Positions 26,182-40,214 are shown, numbered from the stretch's first letter. The stretch is 64,000 nucleotides of DNA from Felis catus (GCF_018350175.1 NC_058368.1:219048001-219112000), one strand, 5' to 3'. Notes: a model not told the origin generated them from the sequence alone. Program-made: numbers and translations.

Positions 26182-28855
26182 AGGCTAGAAAAGAAACAAC
26201 AAATAAAGTCTAAAACCAGCAGAAAAGGGGAGATAACAAAAAATAGCACAAACTAAATGATATAGGAAAAACAGCAACATCAACGTAGAACAGGTCCATG
26301 AAACTACGAGCTGGTTATTTGGAGGAATTAATAAAATAGATAACCCCCTGGCCTAATTTATCAGAAAGAAAATAGAAAGGATCCAAATTAATAAAATAAT
26401 GAATGGAAGAGGAGAGATCACATCAAACACCACAGAAATACAAACAATTACAAGAGAATATTTTGAAAAATTATATGCCAACAAACTGGGTAATTTAGAA
26501 GAAATAGAAATCTAAATTCTAGAAATCTAAGTTCCTAGAAAGATACAAACTACCAAAAGTGAAACAGGAAGAAAGAGAAAATTTGAACAGACCCATAACC
26601 ACCAAGGAAATTGAATCAGTAATCAGAAATCTCCCAACAAATAAAGGAGGCCCAGATGGCCTCTCAGGGCAATTCTACCAGACATCTAATGAAGAGTTAA
26701 TTCCTATTCTTCTCAAACTGTTTGAAAAAATAGAAATGAAAAGAAAACTTCTAAACTCATTCTACAAGGCTGGAATCACCTTGATTCCAAAACCAAAGAC
26801 TTCACTATAAAGGAGAATTACAGGCCAATATTCCTGATGACCATGGATGAGAAAAAGCTCAACAAGATACTAACAAATCAAATCCAACAGTACTCGAAAG
26901 AATTATTCACCACGATCAAGTGGGATTTATTCCTGGGCTTCAGAAGTGGTTCAATATCCACAAATCAATGTGATATACCACATTAGTAAAAAGAAAGGAT
27001 AAGAACCATATGACCCTCTCAATAGATGCAGAAAAAACATTTGACATAATGCAGTATCCATTCTTAATATAAAACCCTCAACAAAGTAGGTATAGATGGA
27101 ACATACCTCACATCATAAAAGCCATATACAAAAGACCCACAGCTAGTATCATCCTCAATGGGGAGAAAACGAAAGCTTTTCGTCTACAGTCAGGAACAAG
27201 ACAAGGATGTCCACTCTCACCATTGTTATTTAACATAGTCCTGGAAGTCCTAGCCTCAGCAATCAGACAACAAAAGACATAAAAGCATCCAAATTGGCAA
27301 GGAAGAAGTCAAACAGTGCTATTCACAGATGACATGATACTCTATATAGAAAACCCAAAAGACTCTACCCCAAAATTACTAGAAAATATACATGAAGTCA
27401 GCAAGGTTGTAGGATATAAAATCAATTTACAGAAATCTGTTGCATTCCTATACACCAATAATGAAGCAACAGAAAAAGAAATCAAGGAATTAACTCCATT
27501 TATAATTGCAGCAAAAATCATAAGATACCTAGGAATAAACCTAATCAAAGGGATAAAACAGCTGTACTCTGAAAACTGTAGAATACTTATGAAAAAAATT
27601 GAATGGCACAAAAATGGAAAAATATTCCATGCTCATGGATTGGAAAGACAAATACTGTTAAAATGTCTATACTACCCAAAGCATGTATACCTTTGATGCA
27701 ATCCCTATCAAAATACCACCAGGATTTTTCAGAGCTAGAACAAACAATCCTCAAATTTGTATGGAACCACAAAAGACCCTGATTAGCCAAAGCATTCTTG
27801 AAAAAGAAAAGCAAAGCTGGCGGCATCACAATTCCACACTTAAAGTTACATCAAGACAGTATGGTACTGGCACAAAAACACACACATGGATCAATGGAAC
27901 AGAATAGAAAATCCAGAAATGGACCCACAACTGTATGTTCAACTAATCTTCGACAAACCAGGTAAGAATATCCAATGGGAAAAAGATGGTCTCTTCAACA
28001 AATGGTGTTGGGACTATTGGACAGCAACATGCAAAACAATGACTCTTGACCTCTTACACCAAACACAAAAATAAATTCAAATTGGATTAAAGACCTAAAT
28101 GTGGGAAAGAAAAGAAAACCATCAAAATTCTAGAAGAGAACATAGGCAGAAACCTCTTTGACCTTGGCCACAGCAACTTCTTACTAGACACGTGTCTGGA
28201 GGCAAGGGAAACATGAACTACTACATGAACCACTGGAACTTCATCAAGGTAAAAAATTCCTGCACAGCCAGGAAAATAATCAACAAAACTAAAGGACAGC
28301 CTATGGAATGGGAGAAGATATTTGCAAATGGCACATCTGATAAAGGGTTAGTATCCAAAATCTATGAAGAATTTATACAACTCTACACACAAAAAACACA
28401 TAACCCAGTTAAAATATGGGCAGGAGACATAAATAGACATGTTTTCCAAAGAAGACATATAGATAGCTAAACGACCTGACAAGATGCTCAACATTACTCA
28501 TCATCAAGGAAATACAAATCAAAACCACAATGAGATACCACCTCACATCTGTCAGAATGGCTAAAATTAACACAAGAAACATCAGATGTTGGTGAGGATG
28601 CAGAGAAAGGGGAACCCTCTTATATTTTTGGTGGCAATGCAAACTGGCACAGCCACTCTGGATAAGAGTGTGGAGGCTCCTCACAAAGTTAAAAATAGGA
28701 CTACCCTATGACACAGCAATAGCACTTCTAGGTATTTACCCAAAGGATACAAAATACATATTCAAAGGGTGCTGATTTTTATATCAGCATTGTAAACAAT
28801 TGCCAAACTATGGAATGAGCCCAAATGTCCATCAACTGATGAATGAAGAAGATAT

Positions 28856-28908
<53 letters not shown>

Positions 28909-29308
28909 GAATATTACTTGGCAATCAAAAATAATTAAATCTTACCATTTACAAAGACACGGATGGAACTGGAGTGTATTACTGAAGTGAAGTAAGTCAG
29001 AGAAAGTCAACTACAATATGATTTCACTCATGTGGAATTTAAGAAACAAAACTGATGAACCAATGGGAATAAAAAAAAAAACAAGAGAGAAGCAAAGCAT
29101 AAGAGACTTTTATCTATAAAGAACAAACACGATTGATGGAGGGAGGTGTGGTGGGGATGGGCTAAATGGTTGATGGGTATTAAGGACCGGCACTTGTTAT
29201 GATGAGCACTGGCTGTTATATGTAAGTGATGAGCCACTAAATTCTGTACCTGAAAACAATTTTACCATATATGTTAACTAGCTAGAATTTAAAGAAAAAC
29301 TTGAAAGA
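26182..29308 (+). mobile_element. Carnivore LINE-1, 5'-truncated (~3.1 kb ORF2 remnant plus 3' UTR), inactivated
   Basis: RT motifs QGCPLSP (27202-27222) and FTDD (27322-27333); many frameshifts and stops; candidate TSD aattgttt at 26174-26181 and 29309-29316. Confidence 0.95.
28858..28903. repeat. (CA)n microsatellite inside L1
   Basis: Direct reading. Confidence 0.95.
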
Positions 29309-29964
29309 AATTGTTTTGTCCAGTCTTCTCAAGATATAAATGTGCTCATAAAAGATGCCCTTTGTTTCTAAAATTACACAAGTATGTTACACACAGATAT
29401 GTAAAAACTAAAATATACTAATGCTTTGTAATAGAAAAATAGTGTGGCCCATATTATTAACTCCAGAAATTCTGTGAATCACCAATCCACACAACAATTT
29501 AGTGTAGTTTAGTAACTACATTTATCTGTATGTAGTCTGTTTAATAAATTGAGTTACTAAGAAAGAGACTCATCCCTTATTTTGTTTTTGGTTTCATTTT
29601 GTTACTATATAATGCACTAAATTTTGAAACTTAGTATTCTCAGGACATATTCCATATGTTGATTTTTAAATAAAAAAATAGTAATTATTTAAATGTAACT
29701 ATTATTAGTGATTGCATACTTAATTTAAACTTACATATTAAAATAACATACTTGAGATACTGCTGCAAAAAAGCAGTAAGCATATGTAGACACAATGTGT
29801 TCATATATGTGGGGGGAATAGATTGAGGGAATGATGACCCTAAAACCTTTCTCCAGTAATGAGTTATTTCAGACTTGGGAGTCATGGGAAATGGAACACT
29901 ATTGCATTTGGTGATTGAAAAAAGTTCACCTATGCAAAGCTTGAATTTGAAATATAATATTCTA

Positions 29965-30190
29965 GTTAATAATATGGATTTTATAGCCAGATATCTAGAT
30001 TCACATCCTGGATCAGCAACTTCCTCCTTAAGCTATTTAAATATTCTGTATTATTTAATAATGTTAAATTATGTTTTAATCTTTAAAAGAGGCATAATAA
30101 TGAGTGCCTCATATATTGGTGAGAAGTAGATGAGATACTATATGTAAAGGGACATAAAACAGTGTCTGGAATATAGTAGTGTGTTGGTAT
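29965..30190 (+). mobile_element. MIR
   Basis: 'ctagattcacatcctggatcagcaact...ataataatgagtgcctcata...atgagatactatatgtaaag...aacagtgtctggaatatagtag'. Confidence 0.7.
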
Positions 30191-31340
30191 TTTATTAATT
30201 TAGTTTTTACTGAAGTATAACATATAAAAAAGTTAAAATCCATTATGTGTAGAACTCAGCAAGTTGTAACAAAGTAGTGACATTTAACTATCATCTAGTT
30301 CAAGTAATTAGATCAATGCCCAAAACACTGAAGTCCCTTTTGTCCTTCCCAATATCCACATCTTCTTCCCATCCCCAAAGAAATATTAATCCTATGTTTT
30401 GCCTGTTTATTTTTTAATATGCGTATGGAAATATTCAGTATTTATTCCATAATGCCAGCCTTTTTTGTTTTACCATACTACATTTTTGAAAACCACGTGA
30501 TTGTGTAAACTCATTTTCCTGTTTTGATTTCTGTACTCTCTTCCTTTATATGAATATAACATTAATTGAACTCTCTATAACAATACAAGTGAACTATACT
30601 GTTTTCCTTTTTTAATGATGTTTATTCATGAGCAGAAAGAAATTCTCTAATTTGATGTTGTATGATTTATTATCTTTTTCTTTATAGTTGGTGACTTTTT
30701 GTCTCACTTAAGTCATCTTTCCCAACCTCAGGATTATGAAATTATCTTCCTAATTTACTTTCTTCAAGCTTTCTGTTTGCCTTTCACATTTAGATCTACA
30801 ATTCACTCAAAAGTAATTTTGTTTATTTATTATGTGCCAGCTATTTTTATGTATTTCTTTATAGATATACAAATATCCAGTTGATGGAACATCATACTTT
30901 GAAAACATTATCTTTTCCTGACTGCTCTGCAATGCCGGCATGTGCTATGAACCAAATGTTCATACATCCATTGGTCTATTTCTGGACTGATTTCTGTCGC
31001 ATAGGTCTATTGTCTCTTCTTGGAGCAGTATTTTACAGCCTTACTTATTGCAATCTAAAGCATGCCTTGCCAGTGTAGTATACCTTTACATTGCCATGTA
31101 CCTTCTGTGATCACCAAATCTATCTGTGAAAACAAGAACAAAAACAAAACCCTTCTGGATTTATTTGGGATTTTTGAATCCATATATTAATTGGGGAGAA
31201 CATTCTTATCATTACTATATTGGGTTCTGATTCATAGACTTTATAAACTCTTCAATCCTTTATTTCTTTTTAATATCTCATATTTCAAATTTTTGTAACA
31301 ATCATGCATGTCTCACATCAGATTTATTCCCAGGATTTTT
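30190..31340 (-). mobile_element. Old L1 (L1ME-like) fragments
   Basis: Antisense L1 motifs 'tttcacatttagatctacaattcac', 'atatccagttgatggaacatcat', 'gatttattcccagg'. Confidence 0.65.
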
Positions 31341-31344
31341 CCCC

Positions 31345-31971
31345 AGTATTATTGAAAGATAATTGACATTCATCAGTGTATAAGTTTAAATCATTGAGAA
31401 TGATGGTTTGACTTACATATATTGTGAAATGATCACTGTAATAGGTTCAGCTAATATCCATCTCTCATATAGATACAAAAAGAAGAAGAAAGAGGAGGAG
31501 GAGGAGGGCAAGAAGAGGTAGAAGAAAATAAAATATTTCTTTCTCATTATAAGAACTCATAGGATTTAGGCAGATGCTGACAGTCACATGAAAAGATGCT
31601 CAACATCACTCATCATCAGGGAAATACAAATCAAAATCACCTCACACCTGTCAGAATGGCTAAAATTAACAACTCAAGAAACAACAGATATTGGAGAGGA
31701 TATGGATAAAGGGGAACACTTTTGCATTGGTGGTTGGAATGCAAACTAGTGCAGCCACTCTGGAAAGAGTATGGAGGTACCTCAAAAAATTAAAGCTAGA
31801 ACTACCCTACAATTCAGCAAATGCACTACTAGGTGTTTATTCAAAACATACAAAATGCTGACTTGAAGGGGCATGTGCACCCCAATGTTTATAGCAGAAC
31901 TATCAACAACAGCCAAATTATGGAAAGAGCCCAAATGTCCATCAACCGATGAATGGATACAGAAGACGTGG

Positions 31972-32013
<42 letters not shown>

Positions 32014-33140
32014 TCAAAAAGAATGAAATCTTGCCATTTACCACAATGTGGGTAGAACTAGAAAGCATTATGCTAAGCAAAATAAGTCAGTGGGAGAAGG
32101 ATATATATATGATTTCACTCATACGTGGAAATTAAGAAACAAAACATATGAACATAGCGGAAGGGAAGGGAAAATAAGATAAAAACAGAGAGGGACGCAA
32201 ACCATAAGAGACTCTTAAATACAGGGAACAAACTGAGGGTTGCTGGAGGGGAGATGTATGTGGGGGGATTAGCTAAATGGGTGATAGGCATCAAGGAGGG
32301 CACTTGTTGGGATGAGCACTGGTTGTTTATATGTAGGTGATGAATCACTAAATTCTACTCCTGAAACCATTTTTACACTATATGTTAACTAACTTGGACT
32401 TAAATAAAATTAAAAAAGTAGCTCATAGGATTTACTCATTTAATAACTTTTCTATATATCATACAGCAGTGTTAGCTACAGTCATCATGTTGTGCATTAC
32501 ATCTCTAGTACTTATAATTGGGAGTTTGTACATTTCAACCATATTCCTACAATTTCCCCTATCTCCATCCTCTCTGCCTTTGGTAACCACAAATCTGATC
32601 TCTTTTTCTAGGAGTTATTTTTTCTCTTTCTTGTCTAAGTTTCCACATATCATGCAGATCATAGAGTATTTGTCTTTCTTTGTATGACTTATTTCACTTA
32701 GCATATTGCTATGTATCTATCTATAGATAGATAGATAGATAGGTAGATGATAGACACAACTCCTTTTGCATTAATCAGTTGATGACACTTAGAATGTTTC
32801 TATGTCTTGGCCATTGTTAATAATGCTACTATGAACATGGGGGTGCAGATATATTTTCAAGTTAGTGTTTTTGTTTCCTTTGGATATATTCTCAGAAGTA
32901 GTATTCCTGGACTATATAGTAGTTCTATTTTTAATGTTTTGAGACTCCTCATACTGTTTTCCATAGTGTCAGTACCAAATTACAACCACCAGTGCACAAG
33001 GATTGCCTTTTCTCCACCTTCTCACTAGCACTCCTTACCTTTCATCTGTTTAAGGATGGCCATTCTAACAGGTGTGAAGTAATAGCTCATTGTGGTTTCA
33101 ATTTGCATTTGCCTAATGACTAGTAATGTTGAATATCTGA
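31345..33140 (-). mobile_element. L1 3' fragment (L1MA9/old carnivore type) split by a + strand L1
   Basis: Antisense 3' UTR at 31345-31568 continues at 32422-33140 (RQMQIETTMSYYFTPVRMA on the minus strand). Confidence 0.85.
31569..32417 (+). mobile_element. Carnivore L1 3' fragment with (TG)n
   Basis: ORF2 C-terminus and 3' UTR; TSD ctcataggattta at 31556-31568 and 32422-32434. Confidence 0.93.
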
Positions 33141-34876
33141 TTGTTTCCAGCAAGGAGTTAAGGAAAGTGAGGAAATGAGCTAGAAAAATAAAATGAATAC
33201 CAATACAATGAGAGGGAGGTTGGATTCTTGTTAGATATTTAAGATAAAGACAAAGACAATACCATAATTTCTCCTTAAGCTCTGATTCCATTGCATGGTG
33301 AACAGGAGGTATGGCTGTAACCTGAGCATATTATACACATAAGTACAAATTTAAACATGTGACTTCAGTCATTGGATCATTGATTTTGTGCTTTATTTTG
33401 ATATTTTTTCTTGCTCTTTTAGCCTAATAAACTGTTGATCATTGTCGTATTGTTTCCTTCACTCAGTCAATTAATACTATTCCTACCACTGGTTTCATAA
33501 TCTGACTTGTACTGTATACGATATTTTGCTGATATGGACTCTCCCTTTCTCTCAGCGTTAGAGGTCTTCAGCACCATTTGACCTAACTCTTAGCCCTAAA
33601 CCCCAAAATTGGATTATTTGATTGTTGCCAGTGTTCCTTTCTTTCCTGGTCGTTCCCTAAGTATAGATCTTTAGCCTCCCATCAAATTATGTCTCACAAT
33701 ACCCTTATACCACCTCTACCCAAGGCATTACGGATGCTACAATTAGTTTTTAATTAAATCTGCATGTTTAAGGCATTGTAAATAGTGCTAAGAAGATTTT
33801 AGAAATTAATGATCTGGAGGGCTTAAACTGAAAAGAGACAAGAAGGATGGAAGAGAAGAGGAAAACGATACACAAACTGTCATGGTTTCATTTTTATCAA
33901 TATTTTGATATTTTGAATGCCTGTTCCTAACACTAGAAACATCCGGAGAAAGTTTAAACACCACCACTTACTCCTTCTCTTCAACCAGTCTCTCTTCCAG
34001 GGCTGAATATTTTGCTTTTGTTTTTCTGGCTTCCGAAATTATTCTGACTCCTGCTCTTTTCAGCTATTCCTTTCCCCTGGAAGTGTTCTTTTGGATGGCA
34101 TTTCAGGATTTCAAAATTCTTAAGTGATCTGAGGTTTGCTCTAAGGATGCATTTATTTCTCCAGACCCTTTTGTGAAATGAGATCACTACAGCCATGTAA
34201 CTGGATTTGCTTTATCACTCAATCAATACTTCTTTCACAGAGAGGTGGCAGAAGGAATCTCAGGGAAAGCAGTGGCTGTAAGGGAAAATGAGTTTGAACA
34301 GAAATGGGGGCAACAAGGGCATATAGGAGAATTCTTTTCAAAGTAATATAGAGAGATACAGATTTACAGGATGAGAATCATTGCCTGCAAAAATTTCTTG
34401 TCGCCCTTCTCTTTCTTTTTGACTCTGGGTATCTTTCTAGTATCTAAGCCTCAGCTTTATCCCACCCATTTATTCTTTTACTTTATTTTACTGTTTTATT
34501 GAAGACACCATTGACTCCATATTACCTGTGTTACTTTCCCTTTCCCATGTCAATCTTTAAAAATCAATAGAAGCCGGGAATTCAGTTGAATCAAAAGTTT
34601 GTAATAATTTAATAAATTTACATGAGAGTTCCAAATACATGCCTGTGTTCATGCAACTTTTATAATCATGATGACAGTTAATAAATGTATTGTTACTTCT
34701 ATTTTATAGGAAACAAAACACTGATGCTGAGAAACTAAGTAACTTACAAAAGTCAAAAAGCTTGAATGAAAGAGAAACAAGATACAAATTAAGATTTCTA
34801 AATGCAAAGTTTTGGCAATCATTAATTTCTTCAAAGTTTGTGATATTCTTGTGCTTTCTTCTAAAAATACAAACAA

Positions 34877-35108
34877 GGGGCATGTGGGTGGCTCAGTCAG
34901 TTAAGTGCCTGACTTCAGCTCAGGTAATGATCTCATGGTTCATTAGTTCCAGCTCCGCATTGGGCTCTGTGCTGACAGCTCAGAGCCTGGAGCCTGCTTC
35001 CAATTCTGTGTCTCTCTCTGCCCTTCCCTCCCTCACACTCTGTCTGTCTGTCTCTCTCTCTGTCTCCCCTTCTCTCAAAAATAAGCAATCGTTAAAAAAA
35101 TAAAAATT
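34877..35108 (+). mobile_element. CAN-SINE (first of a tandem trio)
   Basis: Full SINE; degenerate TSD aaaat[ac/ta]aaaca. Confidence 0.93.
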
Positions 35109-35120
35109 AAAATTAAAACA

Positions 35121-35328
35121 GGGGCTCCTAGGTGGCTCAGTCGGTTTGGTGGCTGACTTCGGCTCAGGTCATGATCTTGTGGTCTGTGAGTTCGAACCCC
35201 GCATCCAGCTATGTGCTGACACCTTGGAGCCTGGAGCCTGCTTCGAATTCTGTGTCTCCCTCTCTCTCTGCCCCTTCCCCATTCGCACTCTGTCTCTCTC
35301 TGTCTTTCAAAAATGAATAAATGTTGAA
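35121..35328 (+). mobile_element. CAN-SINE lacking an A tail
   Basis: Full head and body ending 'gaataaatgttgaa'. Confidence 0.93.
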
Positions 35329-35376
35329 TTCGATTTGCTAGTATCTTGAGAATTTTTTCATCCATATTCATCAGGG
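35322..35376 (-). mobile_element. ~55 bp antisense L1 ORF2 sliver
   Basis: Minus strand encodes LMNMDEKILKILANRIQH, similar to L1 ORF2 LMN.DAKIL.KILANRIQQ. Confidence 0.85.
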
Positions 35377-35575
35377 TTGAGTTTCCAACTTTGGCTGAGG
35401 TCATGATCACATGGTTTGTGGGTTCGAGCCCTGCATTGTGTTCAATGTGGACAGCTCAGGGCCTGGAGCCTGCTTCCAATCTGCTGTTTCCCTCGCTCTC
35501 TGCCCCTCCCCTGCTCCCTCTCTCCTCTCTCTCTCTCTCTCTCTCAAAAATAAACATTAAAAAAAATTTTTTTAA
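35375..35575 (+). mobile_element. CAN-SINE, 5'-truncated
   Basis: Starts at 'ggttgagtttccaactttggctgaggtcatg'; CT tract and A tail present. Confidence 0.9.
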
Positions 35576-35814
35576 TTGATTCTCTTTAGGTATCAGCTGA
35601 AAAAAGTATTTTTTTCCTAAAATTTTACACAAAATGGTCATTAATTAGTCATGTATATTTGAAGAGATTGGTAAAAGTGTATTCAAAGGCATAGCTTTTA
35701 TATTTTTGTTTTGAAGTTTATTAGTATAGAGAAACTCTCTTTTACATTACATTGAATCTAAAAATATGTTCTTATATTTGAAGTAGCATTTTAAATTTCT
35801 TCATTTTTAAATAA

Positions 35815-36258
35815 AATTTTTTTAACATTTATTTATTTTTGAGAGACAGAGTGGGAGCAGGAGAGGGGTAGAGAGAGAGAGGGAGACACAGGATCCAAAG
35901 CAGGCCCCAGGCTCCAAGCTGTCAGCATAGAGCCCTATGTGGGCTCAAACTCACAAACTGTGAGATCATGACCTGAGCTAAAGATGTATGCCTGGGGCGC
36001 CTGGGTGGTGCAGTCGGTTAAGCGTCTGACTTCAGCCAGGTCACGATCTCGCGGTCCGTGAGTTCGAGCCCCGCGTCAGGCTCTGGGCTGAGGGCTCGGA
36101 GCCTGGAGCCTGTTTCCGATTCTGTGTCTCCCTCTCTCTCTGCCACTCCCCCGTTCATGCTCTGTCTCTCTCTGTCCCAAAAATGAATAAACGTTGAAAA
36201 AAAAATTAAAAAAAAAAAAAAAGATGTATGCTTAACTGACTGAGCCACCCAGGAGCCT
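35815..36258 (-). mobile_element. CAN-SINE (outer), split by an inner SINE
   Basis: Antisense body at 35815-35991 resumes at 36220-36258 ('ttaactgactgagccacccaggagcc'). Confidence 0.92.
35994..36219 (+). mobile_element. Young SINEC_Fc inserted into an antisense SINE
   Basis: CpG-rich, 'tcagccaggtcacgatctcgcggtccg'; TSD aaagatgtatgc at 35980-35991 and 36220-36231. Confidence 0.97.
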
Positions 36259-36339
36259 CTACAGTTCATTTTTTTAACAAATCACGCATAAGTCCTGGAA
36301 AGAAACACTTATTCTAATTTTAAAAGGCATGCACCTATA

Positions 36340-36575
36340 GGGGCTCCTGAGGTGCTCAGTCACTTAAGTGGTGGCTCAGTCTCACTCTTGATTTCAGCTT
36401 AGGTCATGATCTCGTGATTCATTAGGTTGAATCCCATGTCAGGCTCTGTGCTTAGATTAGAGCATGGAGCCTCTTTAGGATTCTCTCTCTCCCTCTTTCT
36501 CTCTGCCCCTCCACCACTTGCATGCACATATGTGTGCCCTCTCTCTCTTTCAAAACACATAAACATTTAAAAAAA
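36340..36575 (+). mobile_element. CAN-SINE (older subfamily)
   Basis: 'actcttgatttcagcttaggtcatgatctc' variant; degenerate TSD. Confidence 0.88.
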
Positions 36576-37631
36576 TGTATACACCTACATATATCCCTGA
36601 ACACAATATCAATGATAACATCTTGACTGTCACAGGATATTTTAATTAATTTATATAGAAGTTGTCATATGTATAAGTATATATTACCAATTAATATTTG
36701 GTATTTAAAACAGAAATAAACTTTTCTGGAAATGTTTTAAATCTGATAAAACAGTTGTATCACAGTCTAACTAAGCACAAGGGTAACATTTCACTTTACA
36801 ATTTTATCATGATACAAGGAATATCTTGCCTTCTTGGTTTCTAATAATTATAAACATTTTTAGCACTATTTCAAAAAGTAAATTTAATTTTAGACTTGGT
36901 AACACTTTTTTTTTTATTAAGGCTGTCTTTTTTTTCAAGTAGGTTTAGGAAAAGGTAGAAATTTCTCATATACCGCCCCCCCCCCACCTGAACACATGCA
37001 TAATCTCCTCCCATTATCAGCATCACTTACTGGAACGGTACATGTGTAACAATTAATGAACTTACTTTGGCACATCATAATCACCTAAAGTCCATAATTT
37101 ACCTTTGGGCCCACTGTTGGTATTGTGCATTCTATGGATTTGGACAAATATAAAGTGACATGTATCCATCATATTATCACACAGAGTATTTTCACTGTTC
37201 TAAAAATCCTCTGTGCTCTGCATATTTATCTCTTCCCTTACCAAGCTCCTGGCAACCAGTAACCTTTTTACTGTCTCCTTCGTTTTGCCTTTTCTAGAAC
37301 GTCATATTGTTGGACTCATACAGTACATAGCATTTTAAGAGTGGCTTCTTATGTCTAATATTATGAATTTAAGATTTGTCTATGTCTTTTCATGGCTTGA
37401 TAGCCCTGTTTTTGTAGTGCTAAATCATATTCTATTATCTGAATCTACCATAGTTTGTTTATAATTTTATCTACTGAAGAACATTTTGATTACTTCCAAA
37501 TTTTGGCAATTACAAATAAAACTGCTATCAACTTACGTGTGCAGGGTTTTGTATGGACATAAGTTTCAGCTCCTTTGGGTGGATATCAAGGAGCATGATT
37601 GCTCAACTGTATGACAAAGGTATGTTCAGTT

Positions 37632-39079
37632 ATTACTTCTAATAGTTTCTGGCAGAATATTTAGAGGTTTTGTTTTTTTTCACCAAAACAAACAAACAAA
37701 CAAACAAACAAAAAGGAATAAACCTAACCTAGAGAGTGAAAGACCTGTACTTTGAAAACTATAAAACATTGATGAGAGAAATAGAAGACAATACAAATAA
37801 ATGAAAAAAACACAGCATGTTCATGGACTGGAAGAATTAATATTGTTAAAATGCCCACACCATTTAAAGCAAAGTGATCCGTATCAAGATTCCAATAGTA
37901 TTTTTCACAGAACCTGAACAATCTTAAAATTTGTATGTGTTCACAAAAGACCCTGAGTAGCCAAAGTAATCTGAGAAAGAAGAACAAAGCTGGAGGTATC
38001 ATAATCCCAGATTTCAAGATATATCACAAAGCTGTAGTAATCAAAACAGGCACAAAAATAGACATATAGATGAATGGAATAGAATAGACAGCCCAGAAAT
38101 AATCCCACTCTTGTATGGTCAATAAATCTACAACAAAGGAGGTAAGAATATACAATGGAGGAAAGATGGTCTCTTCAACAAATAGTGCTGGAAAAGTTGG
38201 ACAGCAACATGCAAATGGGTGAAACTGGACCACTTTCTTCACACATAAAAATAAACTCAAAATGGATTAAAGATATATGTGGTACCTGAAACTGTAAAAC
38301 TACTAGAAGAAAATATAGACAGTAATCTTTCTGACACTGGCCTTAGCAACATTTTTCTAGAGGAATCTCCTCAGGCAAGAGAAACAAAACCAAAAATGAA
38401 CTACGGCGGCTACACCAAATTAAAAACCTTTTGCACTGGAAAGGAAACAATCAACAAAATGAAAATACAACCTACTGAATGGAAGAAGATAAGTGCAAAT
38501 GATATATTTGAAATGATATATTCAATTAAATCGAATTTACAACTTGATTTAATATTCAAAATATATAAAGAACTTATACAATTCAACACCAAAAACATTA
38601 GACAAACAAATAAACAAACCGGCTTAAAGATGGGCAGGGAACCTGAATGGACGTTTTTACAAAGAGATATAGGTAGCCAACAGACACATGAAAACATGCT
38701 CAACATTACTAATTAGCAGGAAATGCGAATCAAAACCACAATGGGATATCACCTTACACCTGTCAAAATGACTACAATAAAAAAGACAAGAAATAACAAG
38801 TGTTGGCAAGGATATGGAGAAAAAGAAACCTTAGTGCACTGTTGGTGGGAATGTAAATTGGTGCAGCCACTATGAAAACAGTATGGAGACTCCTCAAAAA
38901 ATTAAAAATAGAAATGTCATATGATCCAGTAATTTCACTACCAAGTATTTATCCAAAAGAAGCAAAAACACTAATTTGAAAAGACAGATACATACACCTC
39001 TGTGTTTTTTGCAGCATTATTTACAATAGCCAAAATGTGGAAGCAAACTAAGTCTTCATCAATGGAATGGATAAAGAAG

Positions 39080-39136
<57 letters not shown>

Positions 39137-39612
39137 GAATATTACTCAGCCTTAAAAATTAATGAGATCTTGCCATCTGTGACAAGGATGTACCTAGAGG
39201 CTCTTATGCTAAGTGAAATAAATCAGACAGAAAAAGACACATACTGTAGGTTTTATTTATATGTGGAACCTAATAAACAAACAAATGAACAAGTAACCAC
39301 AAAGCAGAAACAGACCCATAAATACAGAGAAGAAACTGATGGTTGCCAGAGGGAAGGGAGTAGGGAGGGAGAGACATAATGGGTGAAGGGGAATGGGAAG
39401 TACAAGCTTCTACTATGGAATGAATAAATCATGGTGATGAAATTACAGCATAGGGAATATAGTCAGTGGTATTGTAACAGTGTTGTATGGTGACAGATCA
39501 TAGCTACACTTGTGGTAAGCCTAGAATAATGTACAGAGTTGTCAAATCCCTATGTTTTACACCTGAAACTAATGTAACATTGTATGCTAAGTATGCTTCA
39601 GTTAAAAAAAAA
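37632..39612 (+). mobile_element. L1 (L1MA9/old carnivore type), 5'-truncated with a short 5' inversion
   Basis: Sense ORF2 and 3' UTR from ~37715; antisense L1 piece at 37632-37670; TSD gtatgttcagtt at 37620-37631 and 39613-39624. Confidence 0.92.
39083..39132. repeat. (TA)n microsatellite inside L1
   Basis: Direct reading. Confidence 0.95.
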
Positions 39613-40214
39613 GTATGTTCAGTTTTGTAAGAAACCAAACTTCCCCAAAATGGTTGCACCATTTTGCATTCCTACCAATAAAGTATGAGAGTTCCTGGGG
39701 TTCCACATCTTCACCAGTATTTGCTTCTGTCAGTGTTCTGGATTTTGGCCATTCTAATAGGCATGTGGTGGTATTCCATTGCTGTTTTAATCCTCATTTT
39801 ATTGATGACATTTGATTTGGAGCATATTTTCATATGCTCATTTATCACCTATTTATCTTGGGTGCAGTGTCTGCTAAGATTTTTGTCTCATTTATTAGTA
39901 CTGTTGTTTGTTTTCTTTTTGTTGAGTTTTAAGAGTTCAATTGTTTTTGATAACAATCCTTTATCAGATGTGTTTTTGTAAGTCTGTGGCTTTTCTCTCA
40001 TTCTCTTGACATGATCTTTCATGGAGTAGAAATTTTTAATGTTAGTGAACTCCAGTTTGTCAATTATTTCTTTCATTGATTATTCATTTGGTGGTGTATC
40101 TAAAAAGTCAGCGCCAAACTCAAGATCATTTATGGGTTTTTTTTTCCTATGTTATCTTCTCAGAGTTTTGTAGTTGTTACTTTTACATGTAGGTGTGGTC
40201 ATTTTGAGTTAATT

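Noticed and set aside
26182..29308. Active reverse transcriptase or retron-like system
   Set aside because: Ordinary 5'-truncated L1 ORF2 with many stops and frameshifts; no 5' UTR, ORF1 or endonuclease domain
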